From contig CAJXJW010000007.1 of assembly GCA_913055625.1 (NCBI GenBank), forward strand, positions 171,643-203,642: a stretch of DNA of 32,000 nucleotides. The letters are read 5' to 3'. Below the pieces are notes generated by a model. The model was not told the DNA's origin, did not search any database, and worked only from the letters and a program-made list of their open reading frames with translations. Below, one piece after another: positions 10,891 through 19,189 of this stretch (positions within the stretch are counted from its first letter, which is position 1; each line of letters opens with the position of its first letter). A program made the translations under genes and the position numbers. Source of the stretch: an uncultured Pseudomonadota bacterium. GTDB lineage: Bacteria > Pseudomonadota > Gammaproteobacteria > Steroidobacterales > Woeseiaceae.

Positions 10891-12366
10891 GTGAACGAGC
10901 TGCGCGGGCTGTGTGCCAGCCTGTTATTCCTGTTTGCAGCGCCGCCGGCACCTGCGGGGCCCCAGGTCGAGTCCGGCGACATGGCGTTGCGTCACGACAT
11001 CCAGCGACTCGCGGATGCCGGCGTCATTCGCGGCACTGTCTCGACCTGGCCGATGGCCTGGGCACCCATACTCGAGGACCTGGATGCGGCGAGCCTGGCC
11101 GGTTTGCCCCAGGACGTCGTCGATGCCCTGTACCGTGTACGCTCCCGCGGCCAGTTCGAGACGGGGCAGGGCGATGTGCAGGTTACGGCCGAAGCCGGAC
11201 TGGCGAATGACCCCGCGAGCATCCGGTCTTACCAGGATACGCCGCGCGGCACGGCAGACGTACGTGCGAGCGCGGCATGGCACAGTGACGCGGTCAACAT
11301 CGACATTGCCGTGTCGTACGTCGACGCCGAGGGAGACGACGACGTCCGGATCGACGGCAGCCATCTCGGCGTCGCCCTCGGCAACTGGGAGTTCGCCGCC
11401 AGTACCCGGCAACGTTGGTGGGGACCGAGCTGGGACGGCAGCCTGATACTGTCCAACAATGCGCGGCCGTTCCCGTCCCTCGTGCTGGATCGGACCCGTA
11501 CCGACGCGTTCGAAACGAAGTGGCTGTCCTGGCTGGGTCCGTGGGACCTCGTGGTGATGTTCGGATTGCTCGAGGAAGAGCGCTACGTGCCGAACGCGCA
11601 GTTTTTCGGCATGCGTTTCAACTTCCGGCCCGTCGATTCTCTCGAGCTCGGCCTGTTTCGATCCGCCGAATGGTGCGGCGACGGCCGTCCCTGTGGGCTC
11701 GACACCTTCGTCGACCTGTTTCTCGGCCACGACAACCGGGGTGACGAGGGCATCGACGCGTCGAACGAACCCGGCAACCAGCTCGCCGGCGTCGACTTCC
11801 GCTGGACGCCGGGGTTTCTCGGCAGGCGCACCGCGTTTTACGGGCAGTTCGTCGGCGAGGATGAGGCAGGCGGTTTTCCGAGCCGCTGGCTCGGCCAGTT
11901 CGGCGCGGAATGGACGGGCTATCTGTTCGATCGCTGGTCGACGCGCCTGTACGGCGAGGTTTCGGCGACGAGCTGCCAGTTCTACGAGTCCAGCGAGATC
12001 TTCAATTGTGCCTACAACCACAGCATCTACCAGAGCGGATATCGCTATCGCGGGCGCTCGATCGGGCACGGTGCCGACAACGACACGCGGCTGCTGAGCG
12101 CCGGCGTCGTGGCCGTCGCGGCGGACGAGACGCAGTGGCGCGCGTTGCTGCGCTACGGAAAACTCAACCGCGGCGGCGCACCGGACGAATGGAACAGCCT
12201 GACGCCGACGCCGCAGGAAATCGTATCGCTCGACGTCGCGCATGGCCGGCGTCTGCCGTTCGGAATCATCGACGTCGGGATCGGCTACGCGCTCGTCGAC
12301 GACATTGCGAGCGCGACCGACACCTCCGATGCCCGCTTCTACGTGCAATGGCGAAGCGAGTACTAG
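10891..12366 (+). CDS. wzi: Capsule assembly Wzi-family outer-membrane protein, paralog 1
   Basis: Signal-like 'VNELRGLCASLLFLFAAPPAPA' followed by 'LRHDIQRLADAGVIRGTVSTWPMAW', which matches the Wzi N-terminal helical motif. The rest is long and beta-rich and ends in an aromatic residue ('WRSEY'). Start set at GTG 10891, because the ORF-track start at 10684 lies inside pgi. Confidence 0.75.
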   Translation: MNELRGLCASLLFLFAAPPAPAGPQVESGDMALRHDIQRLADAGVIRGTVSTWPMAWAPILEDLDAASLAGLPQDVVDALYRVRSRGQFETGQGDVQVTAEAGLANDPASIRSYQDTPRGTADVRASAAWHSDAVNIDIAVSYVDAEGDDDVRIDGSHLGVALGNWEFAASTRQRWWGPSWDGSLILSNNARPFPSLVLDRTRTDAFETKWLSWLGPWDLVVMFGLLEEERYVPNAQFFGMRFNFRPVDSLELGLFRSAEWCGDGRPCGLDTFVDLFLGHDNRGDEGIDASNEPGNQLAGVDFRWTPGFLGRRTAFYGQFVGEDEAGGFPSRWLGQFGAEWTGYLFDRWSTRLYGEVSATSCQFYESSEIFNCAYNHSIYQSGYRYRGRSIGHGADNDTRLLSAGVVAVAADETQWRALLRYGKLNRGGAPDEWNSLTPTPQEIVSLDVAHGRRLPFGIIDVGIGYALVDDIASATDTSDARFYVQWRSEY

Positions 12367-13856
12367 TGCAGCGCCACACCGCCGCGCTTGCCGCGCTGCT
12401 GGCCGCTGCGTCGTTGCTTACGACGGCAGTCCGGGCGGAGGAGTTCATCGCGCCCGGCGATACGGGCATGCGTATCGACCTGGAGTCGCTGAACGATGCC
12501 GGGGTGCTCAATATTCCACTGACGGCGTGGCCGATGTCGTCGGCCGACATCGCGTCGGCGCTCGACGTGATCGACGAGGCGGCGCTGGACGCCCGCAGCC
12601 GCGACGCGGCACGGCGGATCCGCGCGAGGCTCGAGCCGTCCGGGACACCGGCAGGCGCGCGGGCATACGGCAGCCTGGCCGGGGCGTACTCGCCGTTGAT
12701 CCTGCGCGGCTTCGAGGACACGCCGCGCGCCGAAGGGGAGGCCCGCGCGGGCATCGCGTGGGGTGGCGAGCGCGTGTTCCTGCGTCTCCAGGGGACGCTG
12801 GCCGCAAACCCGGCCGACGGCGACGACGTGCGGCCCGACGGCACCTACGTCGGCATTCACGTCGGCAACTGGGTGGCGTCGGCCGGCTGGCAGGATCGCT
12901 GGTACGGGCCGGGCAGGGATTCGAGCCTCGTGTTGTCGACGAACGCGCGGCCGCCGCCGGGCATCATGCTGCAGCGACGGCACAGCACGCCGTTCGAATC
13001 CCGCTGGCTGAGCTGGATCGGGCCGTGGACGCTGACGACGTTCATGGCCGGCCTGCACGACGAGCGCGAGATTGACGACGCCTGGCAGTTCGGCATCCGC
13101 GGCAGTTTCCGACCGCTGCCCGGCCTCGAGATCGGCCTGTCGCGCGCGGCGATCTGGTGTGGCGACGGTCGCCCCTGCGACGTGTCGACGTTCGTCGACC
13201 TGCTGCTCGGCAATGACAATCGCGGGGCGAATGTCGCCGCGGAGGATGAGCCGGGCAACCAGCTCGGCGGCTTCGACCTGCGCTGGCGGCTGCCGGCGGA
13301 TATCCCGGCGGCCGTGTACCTGCAGTGGATCGGCGAGGACGGCCGCCCCGGGGCCGGGCTCGTGGGGTCGTGGCTGCGGCAGTTCGGCGTGGAAGCCTGG
13401 GGCGAGGCCGGCACGTTGTCGCACCGGTCCTACGTCGAAGTGTCCGACACGACCTGCCGCGAGGGTGGCCTCGGATTTTCCGATGTGAAGCCCGACTGCG
13501 GCTACGAGCACGGCCTGTACCGCACCGGCTACCGCTACGAGGGCCGGTCGCTGGGTCACAGCGGCGACTCGGACCTGAAGAGCATCGTCGTCGGCTCGAC
13601 GCTCCTGTGGCCGGACGGCGACCAGCTCGGCCTCGTCCTGCGCTACCGGGACATCAATCGCTACGGCACCGACACCGGCAGGCACACGCTGTCGCAATCG
13701 CCGCAGGAGGTCGCCGACATCCTGCTGACGCTGGACCGGCAGACGCGGATCGGCCGGTTGCGCGCCGGCATCGGCTATCGGCACGTCGACGGCGCGGCCG
13801 GCGGCGCCCTGTCGCCCAGCGAGGCCCAGGCCTACGTGGTTTGGAACTGGCCCTGA
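12348..13856 (+). CDS. wzi: Capsule assembly Wzi-family outer-membrane protein, paralog 2
   Basis: 'MAKRVLVQRHTAALAALLAAASLLTTAVRA' signal, then 'MRIDLESLNDAGVLNIPLTAWPMSSADI'. The core aligns with paralog 1, for example 'WLSWIGPWTLTTF' against 'WLSWLGPWDLVVMF' and 'WCGDGRPCDVSTFVDLLLGNDNRG' against 'WCGDGRPCGLDTFVDLFLGHDNRG'. ATG 12348 overlaps paralog 1 by 19 nt. Confidence 0.75.
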   Translation: MAKRVLVQRHTAALAALLAAASLLTTAVRAEEFIAPGDTGMRIDLESLNDAGVLNIPLTAWPMSSADIASALDVIDEAALDARSRDAARRIRARLEPSGTPAGARAYGSLAGAYSPLILRGFEDTPRAEGEARAGIAWGGERVFLRLQGTLAANPADGDDVRPDGTYVGIHVGNWVASAGWQDRWYGPGRDSSLVLSTNARPPPGIMLQRRHSTPFESRWLSWIGPWTLTTFMAGLHDEREIDDAWQFGIRGSFRPLPGLEIGLSRAAIWCGDGRPCDVSTFVDLLLGNDNRGANVAAEDEPGNQLGGFDLRWRLPADIPAAVYLQWIGEDGRPGAGLVGSWLRQFGVEAWGEAGTLSHRSYVEVSDTTCREGGLGFSDVKPDCGYEHGLYRTGYRYEGRSLGHSGDSDLKSIVVGSTLLWPDGDQLGLVLRYRDINRYGTDTGRHTLSQSPQEVADILLTLDRQTRIGRLRAGIGYRHVDGAAGGALSPSEAQAYVVWNWP

Positions 13857-13872
13857 GGCCCGGGCTCGCGGT

Positions 13873-14628
13873 TCAACCGGGGCCGGACCGCCTGCCGGCG
13901 AGCGAACCGAACACGTGCGGCGCCAGGTGGGCAAGGGCGCGCACACGGCCGAATTTCTCCTCCCGGCGATAGATGCGGTAGATGTCGAGCGACTTGGCCA
14001 GCTTGTTGGACGACAGCGAGCCGCGCGAGCGGTAGTAGGTCGCGTGACACCCGGGGTAGCGCCGGGCGACGGTGCCGTCGCGGGTCAGCGCGAGCCAGAG
14101 GCCCCAGTCCTGCCCGCGGCGCACGTCCGGCATGTAGCGCTTGCCGAGCTGTGCCTGGTCGAATGCGACGGTGAGGCAGCCGATCGGGCAGCCGCGGAGA
14201 AAATCCGTGTGCGTCAGTCGCTCGGGCGCCGACAGGATCCCGGCGTCGCGGCGGGTGGACGCATTGACGACGGCATAGTCGCCGTAACTGAATGCGACCT
14301 GGTGCGCCGCCATGAACGGAATCTGCGAGGCCAGCTTGGATTCGTTCCAGGTGTCGTCGCTGTCGAGAAACGCGACGTAGCGGCCGCTTGCGGCGTCGAT
14401 GCCCGCGTTGCGCGCCTGGGCGGCACCGGCGTGGGGCTGCCGCACGAGACGGACGTGCGGAAACCGGCGGCCGAGGCGCTCGACGACGAGGGCCGTGTCG
14501 TCCACCGAACCGTCGTCGACGATGATATGCTCCGCAGGTGCCAGCGACTGGGCAGCGACCGACCGGATGTTGCGCTCGATAACGCCGGCCGCGTTGTAGG
14601 CTGCAGTGATGACTGACACACCATCCAT
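13873..14628 (-). CDS. Family 2 glycosyltransferase (GT-A fold)
   Basis: 'VSVITAAYNAAGVIERNIRSVAAQS', 'IIVDDGSVDDT', and the DxD-type 'VAFLDSDDTW'. Start set at ATG 14628. The ORF-track extension to 15018 is Arg/Pro-rich and has no homology signal. Confidence 0.8.
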   Translation of the reverse strand: MDGVSVITAAYNAAGVIERNIRSVAAQSLAPAEHIIVDDGSVDDTALVVERLGRRFPHVRLVRQPHAGAAQARNAGIDAASGRYVAFLDSDDTWNESKLASQIPFMAAHQVAFSYGDYAVVNASTRRDAGILSAPERLTHTDFLRGCPIGCLTVAFDQAQLGKRYMPDVRRGQDWGLWLALTRDGTVARRYPGCHATYYRSRGSLSSNKLAKSLDIYRIYRREEKFGRVRALAHLAPHVFGSLAGRRSGPG

Positions 14629-14691
14629 CGATACATGGCTCTCCCGGTTCGGCGCCCGACCGTATCCTATCCCGCCTCTGCGACTCAAGTG

Positions 14692-15738
14692 ATGTCCCCG
14701 GCCGTATTGCCCGACGAGACGGCGGCGGGTCGGCGTCCCGGGAGCCCGTCGACGGCGCCGCGGGATGCGTTGTGGGTGGCCTGGAACGACCACCGGCGCA
14801 CGACCGGCCTGTGCGATGCCTGGGACGTCCCGCTCGAGGTGGTCCGGGCCGGTATCCGGGGGCCATTGCGCTGGATCGAGCTGCCGTTGCGGACACTTGG
14901 CCTGCTGCGGCGCCGCCGGCCCGCAACGCTGTTCGTGCAGAACCCGTCGCTGGCCCTCACGGCACTCGCGGTGCTGGTCCGTCCGCTGTTCGGCTACCGG
15001 CTGGTGGTCGACGCACACAACGAGGGCGTGCGGCCTTACGACCGTCCGTACCGGGCCGTGCGATGGCTGACACGGCGCATGCTGCGCGCGGCGGACTGGA
15101 CCGTCGTATCGAACGCCGGCCTTGAGCGGGACGTGATCGATGCCGGCGGGCGCGCGCTGGTGCTGGCGGACCCGCTGCCGCTTGCCGCGGCAACGAGAAA
15201 GGCGGCGAGGGCGTCCGTCGACGTGGTCGTCGTCGCGACGTACCGGCCCGATGAACCGATCCAGGCGCTGCTCGACGCCGCGGCGGCCTTGCCGGATCAG
15301 CGCTTCGCGTTCACGGGGGATTCGCGGCGATTCGGACGCGCCAGACCCGACATACCCAACAACGTATCGTTGACCGGGTTCCTCGACGACGCGGACTACT
15401 GGGACCTGTTGCGACAGGCCCGGGTCGTCTGCGACCTGACGCTGAAGCCCGACTGCCTGGTCTGTGGCGCTTACGAAGCGCTGGCCGTCGGCAGGGCGAT
15501 GGTGCTCTCGGACAACGTACCGACCCGAGCCCTGTTCGGCGACGCGGCGGTGCTGACCGGCAGCGCACCCGGCGAAATTGCCGGCGCAATGCGCGCGGCG
15601 CTCGATCGCAGCGACGCGCTGAGCACGGCAGCGGCGCGCTTGCGGGACCGCTATCCGGCCGATTGGGACGTCAACAGTGCGCAGGTTCAGCAGGCGATCT
15701 GGCCGTCGTCGGACCGGCAGGTGCAGGGGGCGGCCTGA
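14692..15738 (+). CDS. GT-B fold glycosyltransferase (group 1-like); start uncertain
   Basis: The C-terminal half '..VVVATYRPDEPIQALLDAA..FTGDSRR..LTGFLDDADYWDLLRQARVVCDLT..CGAYEALAVGRAMVLSD' resembles group 1 GTs. Candidate starts are ATG 14635 (only 6 nt from the divergent GT2 start) and ATG 14692. The first Rossmann strand 'ALWVAWND' begins later still. Confidence 0.55.
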   Translation: MSPAVLPDETAAGRRPGSPSTAPRDALWVAWNDHRRTTGLCDAWDVPLEVVRAGIRGPLRWIELPLRTLGLLRRRRPATLFVQNPSLALTALAVLVRPLFGYRLVVDAHNEGVRPYDRPYRAVRWLTRRMLRAADWTVVSNAGLERDVIDAGGRALVLADPLPLAAATRKAARASVDVVVVATYRPDEPIQALLDAAAALPDQRFAFTGDSRRFGRARPDIPNNVSLTGFLDDADYWDLLRQARVVCDLTLKPDCLVCGAYEALAVGRAMVLSDNVPTRALFGDAAVLTGSAPGEIAGAMRAALDRSDALSTAAARLRDRYPADWDVNSAQVQQAIWPSSDRQVQGAA

Positions 15739-16808
15739 TGGATTCGTTGCCGCGCATCGTGTTTTTCAATATCAACGGCTCGGGCATGGGACACCTGAGC
15801 CGCTGCCTCGCGTACGCGCGCCGGCTGCGTGGCCAGGCACGACCGATATTCTTCTCGCTGGCCTCGGCGATCGAGATCATCGAGGAGATGGGGTTCGAGG
15901 CGGACTACTTCGTGTCGGAGTTCTGGTCCCGGGCTCACATCAGCGCGTGGAATCGCGAACTGGCCGTGCGCTTCGGCCTGTTCCTGGAGGAGGTGCGGCC
16001 GAGTGCCGTGGTCTTCGACGGAACCTGGCCGTTTCACGGGTTCATGGATGCCTGTTTCGCGGCGAAGGTGCCGCGCAAGGTCTGGTCGAACCGCGGCCTG
16101 CACAAGCCGGGATTCGCGCCGGTGCCCGTCAGCGAACGCGAGTTCGACCTGGTGCTCGAGCCCGGCGAGATCGGGGCGGCATACGCCGTCGTGCAGGACG
16201 AAACGCCCGGCCGCAAGGTGCGAATTCCGCCGGTCACGATTTTCGCCGGGCAGGAGTTACTCGAACGGAACGACGCCCGCGACGCGCTCGGCCTGGAGCG
16301 GGATGGCCGCTACGTGTTGTTCTCACTCGGACCGGGCAACCTGAAGGACGTCGGCGAAATCGCGCAGGGACTCATTGGCGTGTTCCGGGCGAGCGAATTC
16401 AGGATCGTGTGGGCCTGTGCCCCGATATCCGTCCGCGATGTCGACGTCCCGGACGACGTACTGCCGATCAGCGTTTTCCCCCTGGCGAAGTACATGCGTG
16501 CCTTCGACGGCTTTGTCGGCGCGGCCGGGTACAACGCGTGCTGCGAGGTGCTGCAGTCCGGCGTGCCCGGCATCCTGTTGCCGAACAAGCTCGTCGCCGA
16601 CGACCAGCAGAGGCGCGCGGAGACGATTGCAGCGCATGCGCGCGTCGTCGTGTCGGCATGCGAGTCGAGCGCAGAGCAGGAGCAGGCGCTGCTGGACCTG
16701 CGTCGGCTGGCCAGCATGCCGCCGCCGGCGGGGCAGGGCCCGGATCTTGACGGTGCCGATCGTGCTACGGACGAGATTCTGCGGCTGCTGTCGGGGAGCG
16801 CGGCGTGA
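15738..16808 (+). CDS. GT-B glycosyltransferase, MurG/GT28-GT1-like, module copy A
   Basis: N-terminal glycine loop 'RIVFFNINGSGMGHLSRCLAYARRL'. The C-terminal donor site 'VGAAGYNACCEVLQSGVPGILLPNKLVADDQQRRA' resembles the MurG-type 'xAGxxTxxExxxxGxPxxxxP...DQxxNA'. ATG 15738 overlaps the preceding TGA by 1 nt. Confidence 0.6.
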   Translation: MDSLPRIVFFNINGSGMGHLSRCLAYARRLRGQARPIFFSLASAIEIIEEMGFEADYFVSEFWSRAHISAWNRELAVRFGLFLEEVRPSAVVFDGTWPFHGFMDACFAAKVPRKVWSNRGLHKPGFAPVPVSEREFDLVLEPGEIGAAYAVVQDETPGRKVRIPPVTIFAGQELLERNDARDALGLERDGRYVLFSLGPGNLKDVGEIAQGLIGVFRASEFRIVWACAPISVRDVDVPDDVLPISVFPLAKYMRAFDGFVGAAGYNACCEVLQSGVPGILLPNKLVADDQQRRAETIAAHARVVVSACESSAEQEQALLDLRRLASMPPPAGQGPDLDGADRATDEILRLLSGSAA

Positions 16809-17353
16809 GTCTCGATGATGAGATCGTCGATGTCCGTCGCACGGTACAGCGCCTGGCCGACGAATCGGAGCCCGTGCTGTTGCGCCGCTATGCGCTCTGG
16901 CACCCGGTTGGTGAACGACGAACCCTGTGCCGGCGGCTGCGCCGGGCGCTGGGTCGCGTACTGCGTGCCGTCCGACTGCGTCCCACGGCTCCGGTGGAAC
17001 CGTGGCGCGTCGACCTGGAGCATGCCGGCTGCGGCGACCCGGTCCGGCCGTTCGTCATCTGGGCAATCGGCGCCGACCGGCAGCGGCTGGCGCAGGCGTG
17101 CGTCGGCTTCCGGCGCATGCTGCAGGACTCGCCTGGACGCGTGCCGGTGCTGGTGACGGATGTGGCGGACTTTCGCGCGTTCTCGCGGCTGGGCTGGCTC
17201 GTCGAATACGTGCCCAGGCTGTCCGAACCCGCCTCGGCGTACGGTAACCGGAAACTCCGCCATCTCGCGGCGCTGTACCGGGACGTGCCGGTGCTGCCGG
17301 TCAGCGCCGGCCTGGCCCGCGACGTGACCCTGGAGCAATTGCGGCTTGACTGA
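16805..17353 (+). CDS. Hypothetical protein, small partner of module copy A (no motif I recognise)
   Basis: GTGA start/stop overlap with the upstream GT-B gene. It has a paralog at 19190..19771 that shares 'PVLVTDVAxFxxFSRLGWLVEY'. Conservation between the two copies supports real coding. Confidence 0.55.
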   Translation: MSLDDEIVDVRRTVQRLADESEPVLLRRYALWHPVGERRTLCRRLRRALGRVLRAVRLRPTAPVEPWRVDLEHAGCGDPVRPFVIWAIGADRQRLAQACVGFRRMLQDSPGRVPVLVTDVADFRAFSRLGWLVEYVPRLSEPASAYGNRKLRHLAALYRDVPVLPVSAGLARDVTLEQLRLD

Positions 17354-18416
17354 TTCCGCCGAAAAAGACCTGCCGGTCGTCGTCTTCTTCAATATCAACG
17401 GGTCCGGAATGGGCCACATGAGTACCTGCCTGGCCTATGCGAACCGCCTGCGGGGGCGCGCGCGCCCGGTCTTTTTTTCGCTGGCGTCGGCCATGGAGTT
17501 CATCCACGGCATGGGCTTCGAGGGCGACTACCTGGTTTCCCGGTTCTGGTCGCGCGCCAGCGCCTGGGACTGGGACCGTGAACTGGCCCTGCGGCTGGGG
17601 TTGCTGTTCGAGCACGTGCGGCCGAAAGTCGTGGTGTTCGACGGCACGTGGCCGTACCGCGGGCTTCTGCATGCCTGTCGCGTCTACGGCGAGGCACGCA
17701 CCGTATGGTCGAACCTCGTCCTGTACAAGAAGGACTTCCGCAAAGTGCCGGTCAGCGAGACGAACTTCGACCTCGTCATACGGCTCGGCGAGATCGGCTC
17801 GGCATTTGCCGTGGAGCGCGAGCACCGTCCCGCTCGCACGGTGGTCGTGCCGCCGGTTACCGTCATGAAGGACGACGAGTTGCTGGATCGCCGGTCCGCG
17901 CGCCGTGAACTCGGTTTGCGGGAAGACGGTCGGTATGCCCTGTTCTCGCTCGGGCCGGGGAATCTCAAGGACGTCAGCGCGATCGGGGCGGGCCTGATCG
18001 ATGAAGTGTCGAGCCGGGGCTACGAGGTGCTCTGGACGCGTACGCCGATCAGCGAGTCGGACGTTCCGTTGCCTGACGGAATCGTGCCGCTATCAGTCTT
18101 CCCCCTGGCCCGCTACATGCGGGCGTTCGACATCCTCGCCAGCGCTGCGGGCTACAACACCTGCTGCGAGGTACTGCAATCGCGAGTGCCGACGCTATTC
18201 GTTCCGAACACACTGGTCGCCGACGACCAGGCGCGCCGCGCCGCGATGGTGGCGCGTGCGGTGCCGGCCGTGATCTCGCCGTGCGAGAGCGAGGAGGAGC
18301 GTCGCCGGGCAGTCGATCGACTCGTGTCCTTGGCCGACCACACCACGCCGGACGCGAACGCGGTCGACTTATCGGGCGCGGAACGCGTCGCCGAGGAACT
18401 CCTGCAACTGGTATGA
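17346..18416 (+). CDS. GT-B glycosyltransferase, MurG/GT28-GT1-like, module copy B
   Basis: 'VVVFFNINGSGMGHMSTCLAYANRL', 'ASAAGYNTCCEVLQSRVPTLFVPNTLVADDQARRA'. It is colinear with 15738..16808 over its whole length, with roughly half or more residues identical by eye. TTG start at 17346 overlaps the upstream gene by 8 nt. Confidence 0.6.
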   Translation: MTDSAEKDLPVVVFFNINGSGMGHMSTCLAYANRLRGRARPVFFSLASAMEFIHGMGFEGDYLVSRFWSRASAWDWDRELALRLGLLFEHVRPKVVVFDGTWPYRGLLHACRVYGEARTVWSNLVLYKKDFRKVPVSETNFDLVIRLGEIGSAFAVEREHRPARTVVVPPVTVMKDDELLDRRSARRELGLREDGRYALFSLGPGNLKDVSAIGAGLIDEVSSRGYEVLWTRTPISESDVPLPDGIVPLSVFPLARYMRAFDILASAAGYNTCCEVLQSRVPTLFVPNTLVADDQARRAAMVARAVPAVISPCESEEERRRAVDRLVSLADHTTPDANAVDLSGAERVAEELLQLV

Positions 18417-18422
18417 GTGCGA

Positions 18423-19151
18423 CTAGCCGAACAGCCCCTTCAGGAACCGGCGCCGCGGCTTCAGCGCGGGTAGCGTCCCGGTGTCACCGGGCTTCCGCGC
18501 CAGTCCCCAGCGCCCGTTGTTGATGATATGCAGATCCGTGTAGCCGAGCCTGGGAACGAGGATGTCGAAAACCATGCGCACCGCCGGCGTCGCGCGCTCG
18601 TCGGCGCTGGCCTGGCGCCAGTGCGCCGGTTCCTTCGCCATGCCGGACGCGGCTTCGCCGATCGTCCACGGGAGATCGTCGAAGAGGATCCACCCTCCCG
18701 GGCGCAGCAGAAAGTCCACGAGCACGAAGCCGAATCCCGTTGCGTCCCACGTGTGGCCGCCGTCGAAATAGCAGAGATCGAACTGTGGGCGCGGCGATTG
18801 CTGGATCATTCGGGCAAGCTCCCACGTGTACGACCGTTCCGCGAAGATTGTTTCGACGCGATGGGTCAACCCGAGTCTGGCAAGGACTTGATGGATGTTC
18901 GGGTCGCGGCGAGCTGCCGTGGTTCTGTCGACCGTCACGAGGTGTCCGTGCCCGCGGTCCTCGAGGATCGCGGCGATGTACGCGCTGCTCTTGCCATGGT
19001 AGAAACCGATCTCGAGGATCTGCTGCAGGTCGTGCCGGGACATCACGTCCCGGAGCAGCGAAGCTTCGGAATGCACCATGTAGTCGAGGTCGCCGAAGGT
19101 CGTGCGAACGTTGTCAAAGTTGTCCAATTTTCCGGATTCCTGCCTCTGCAT
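18423..19151 (-). CDS. Class I SAM-dependent methyltransferase (O-methyltransferase-like)
   Basis: Motif I-like 'QILEIGFYHGKSSAYIA', 'HLVTVD', 'FDLCYFDGGHTWD', 'LLRPGGWILFDD'. Start set at ATG 19151 ('MQRQESGKL..'). The ORF-track extension to 19376 is antisense to the next gene. Confidence 0.7.
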   Translation of the reverse strand: MQRQESGKLDNFDNVRTTFGDLDYMVHSEASLLRDVMSRHDLQQILEIGFYHGKSSAYIAAILEDRGHGHLVTVDRTTAARRDPNIHQVLARLGLTHRVETIFAERSYTWELARMIQQSPRPQFDLCYFDGGHTWDATGFGFVLVDFLLRPGGWILFDDLPWTIGEAASGMAKEPAHWRQASADERATPAVRMVFDILVPRLGYTDLHIINNGRWGLARKPGDTGTLPALKPRRRFLKGLFG

Positions 19152-19189
19152 TGCAATCGGGGAGCCCCGACCGCCGGGCCACGGCACGT

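Noticed and set aside
12363-13946. 527-aa minus-strand ORF; also 10924..12348 (-) and 27106..28230 (-)
   Set aside because: All three are antisense shadows of Wzi-2, Wzi-1 and the 26530..28227 gene. They are Arg/Pro/Ala-rich with no recognisable domains.
15677-16750. 357-aa alternative-frame ORF overlapping GT-B copy A; also 13832..14926 (-)
   Set aside because: Both have extreme Arg/Gly/Pro composition. The competing frames carry clear glycosyltransferase motifs, and for the GT-B a conserved paralog as well.
18740-19189. Upstream 150 aa of ORF 18740..19771
   Set aside because: It is antisense to the methyltransferase gene and Arg-rich. Similarity to the paralog at 16805..17353 begins only after ATG 19190.
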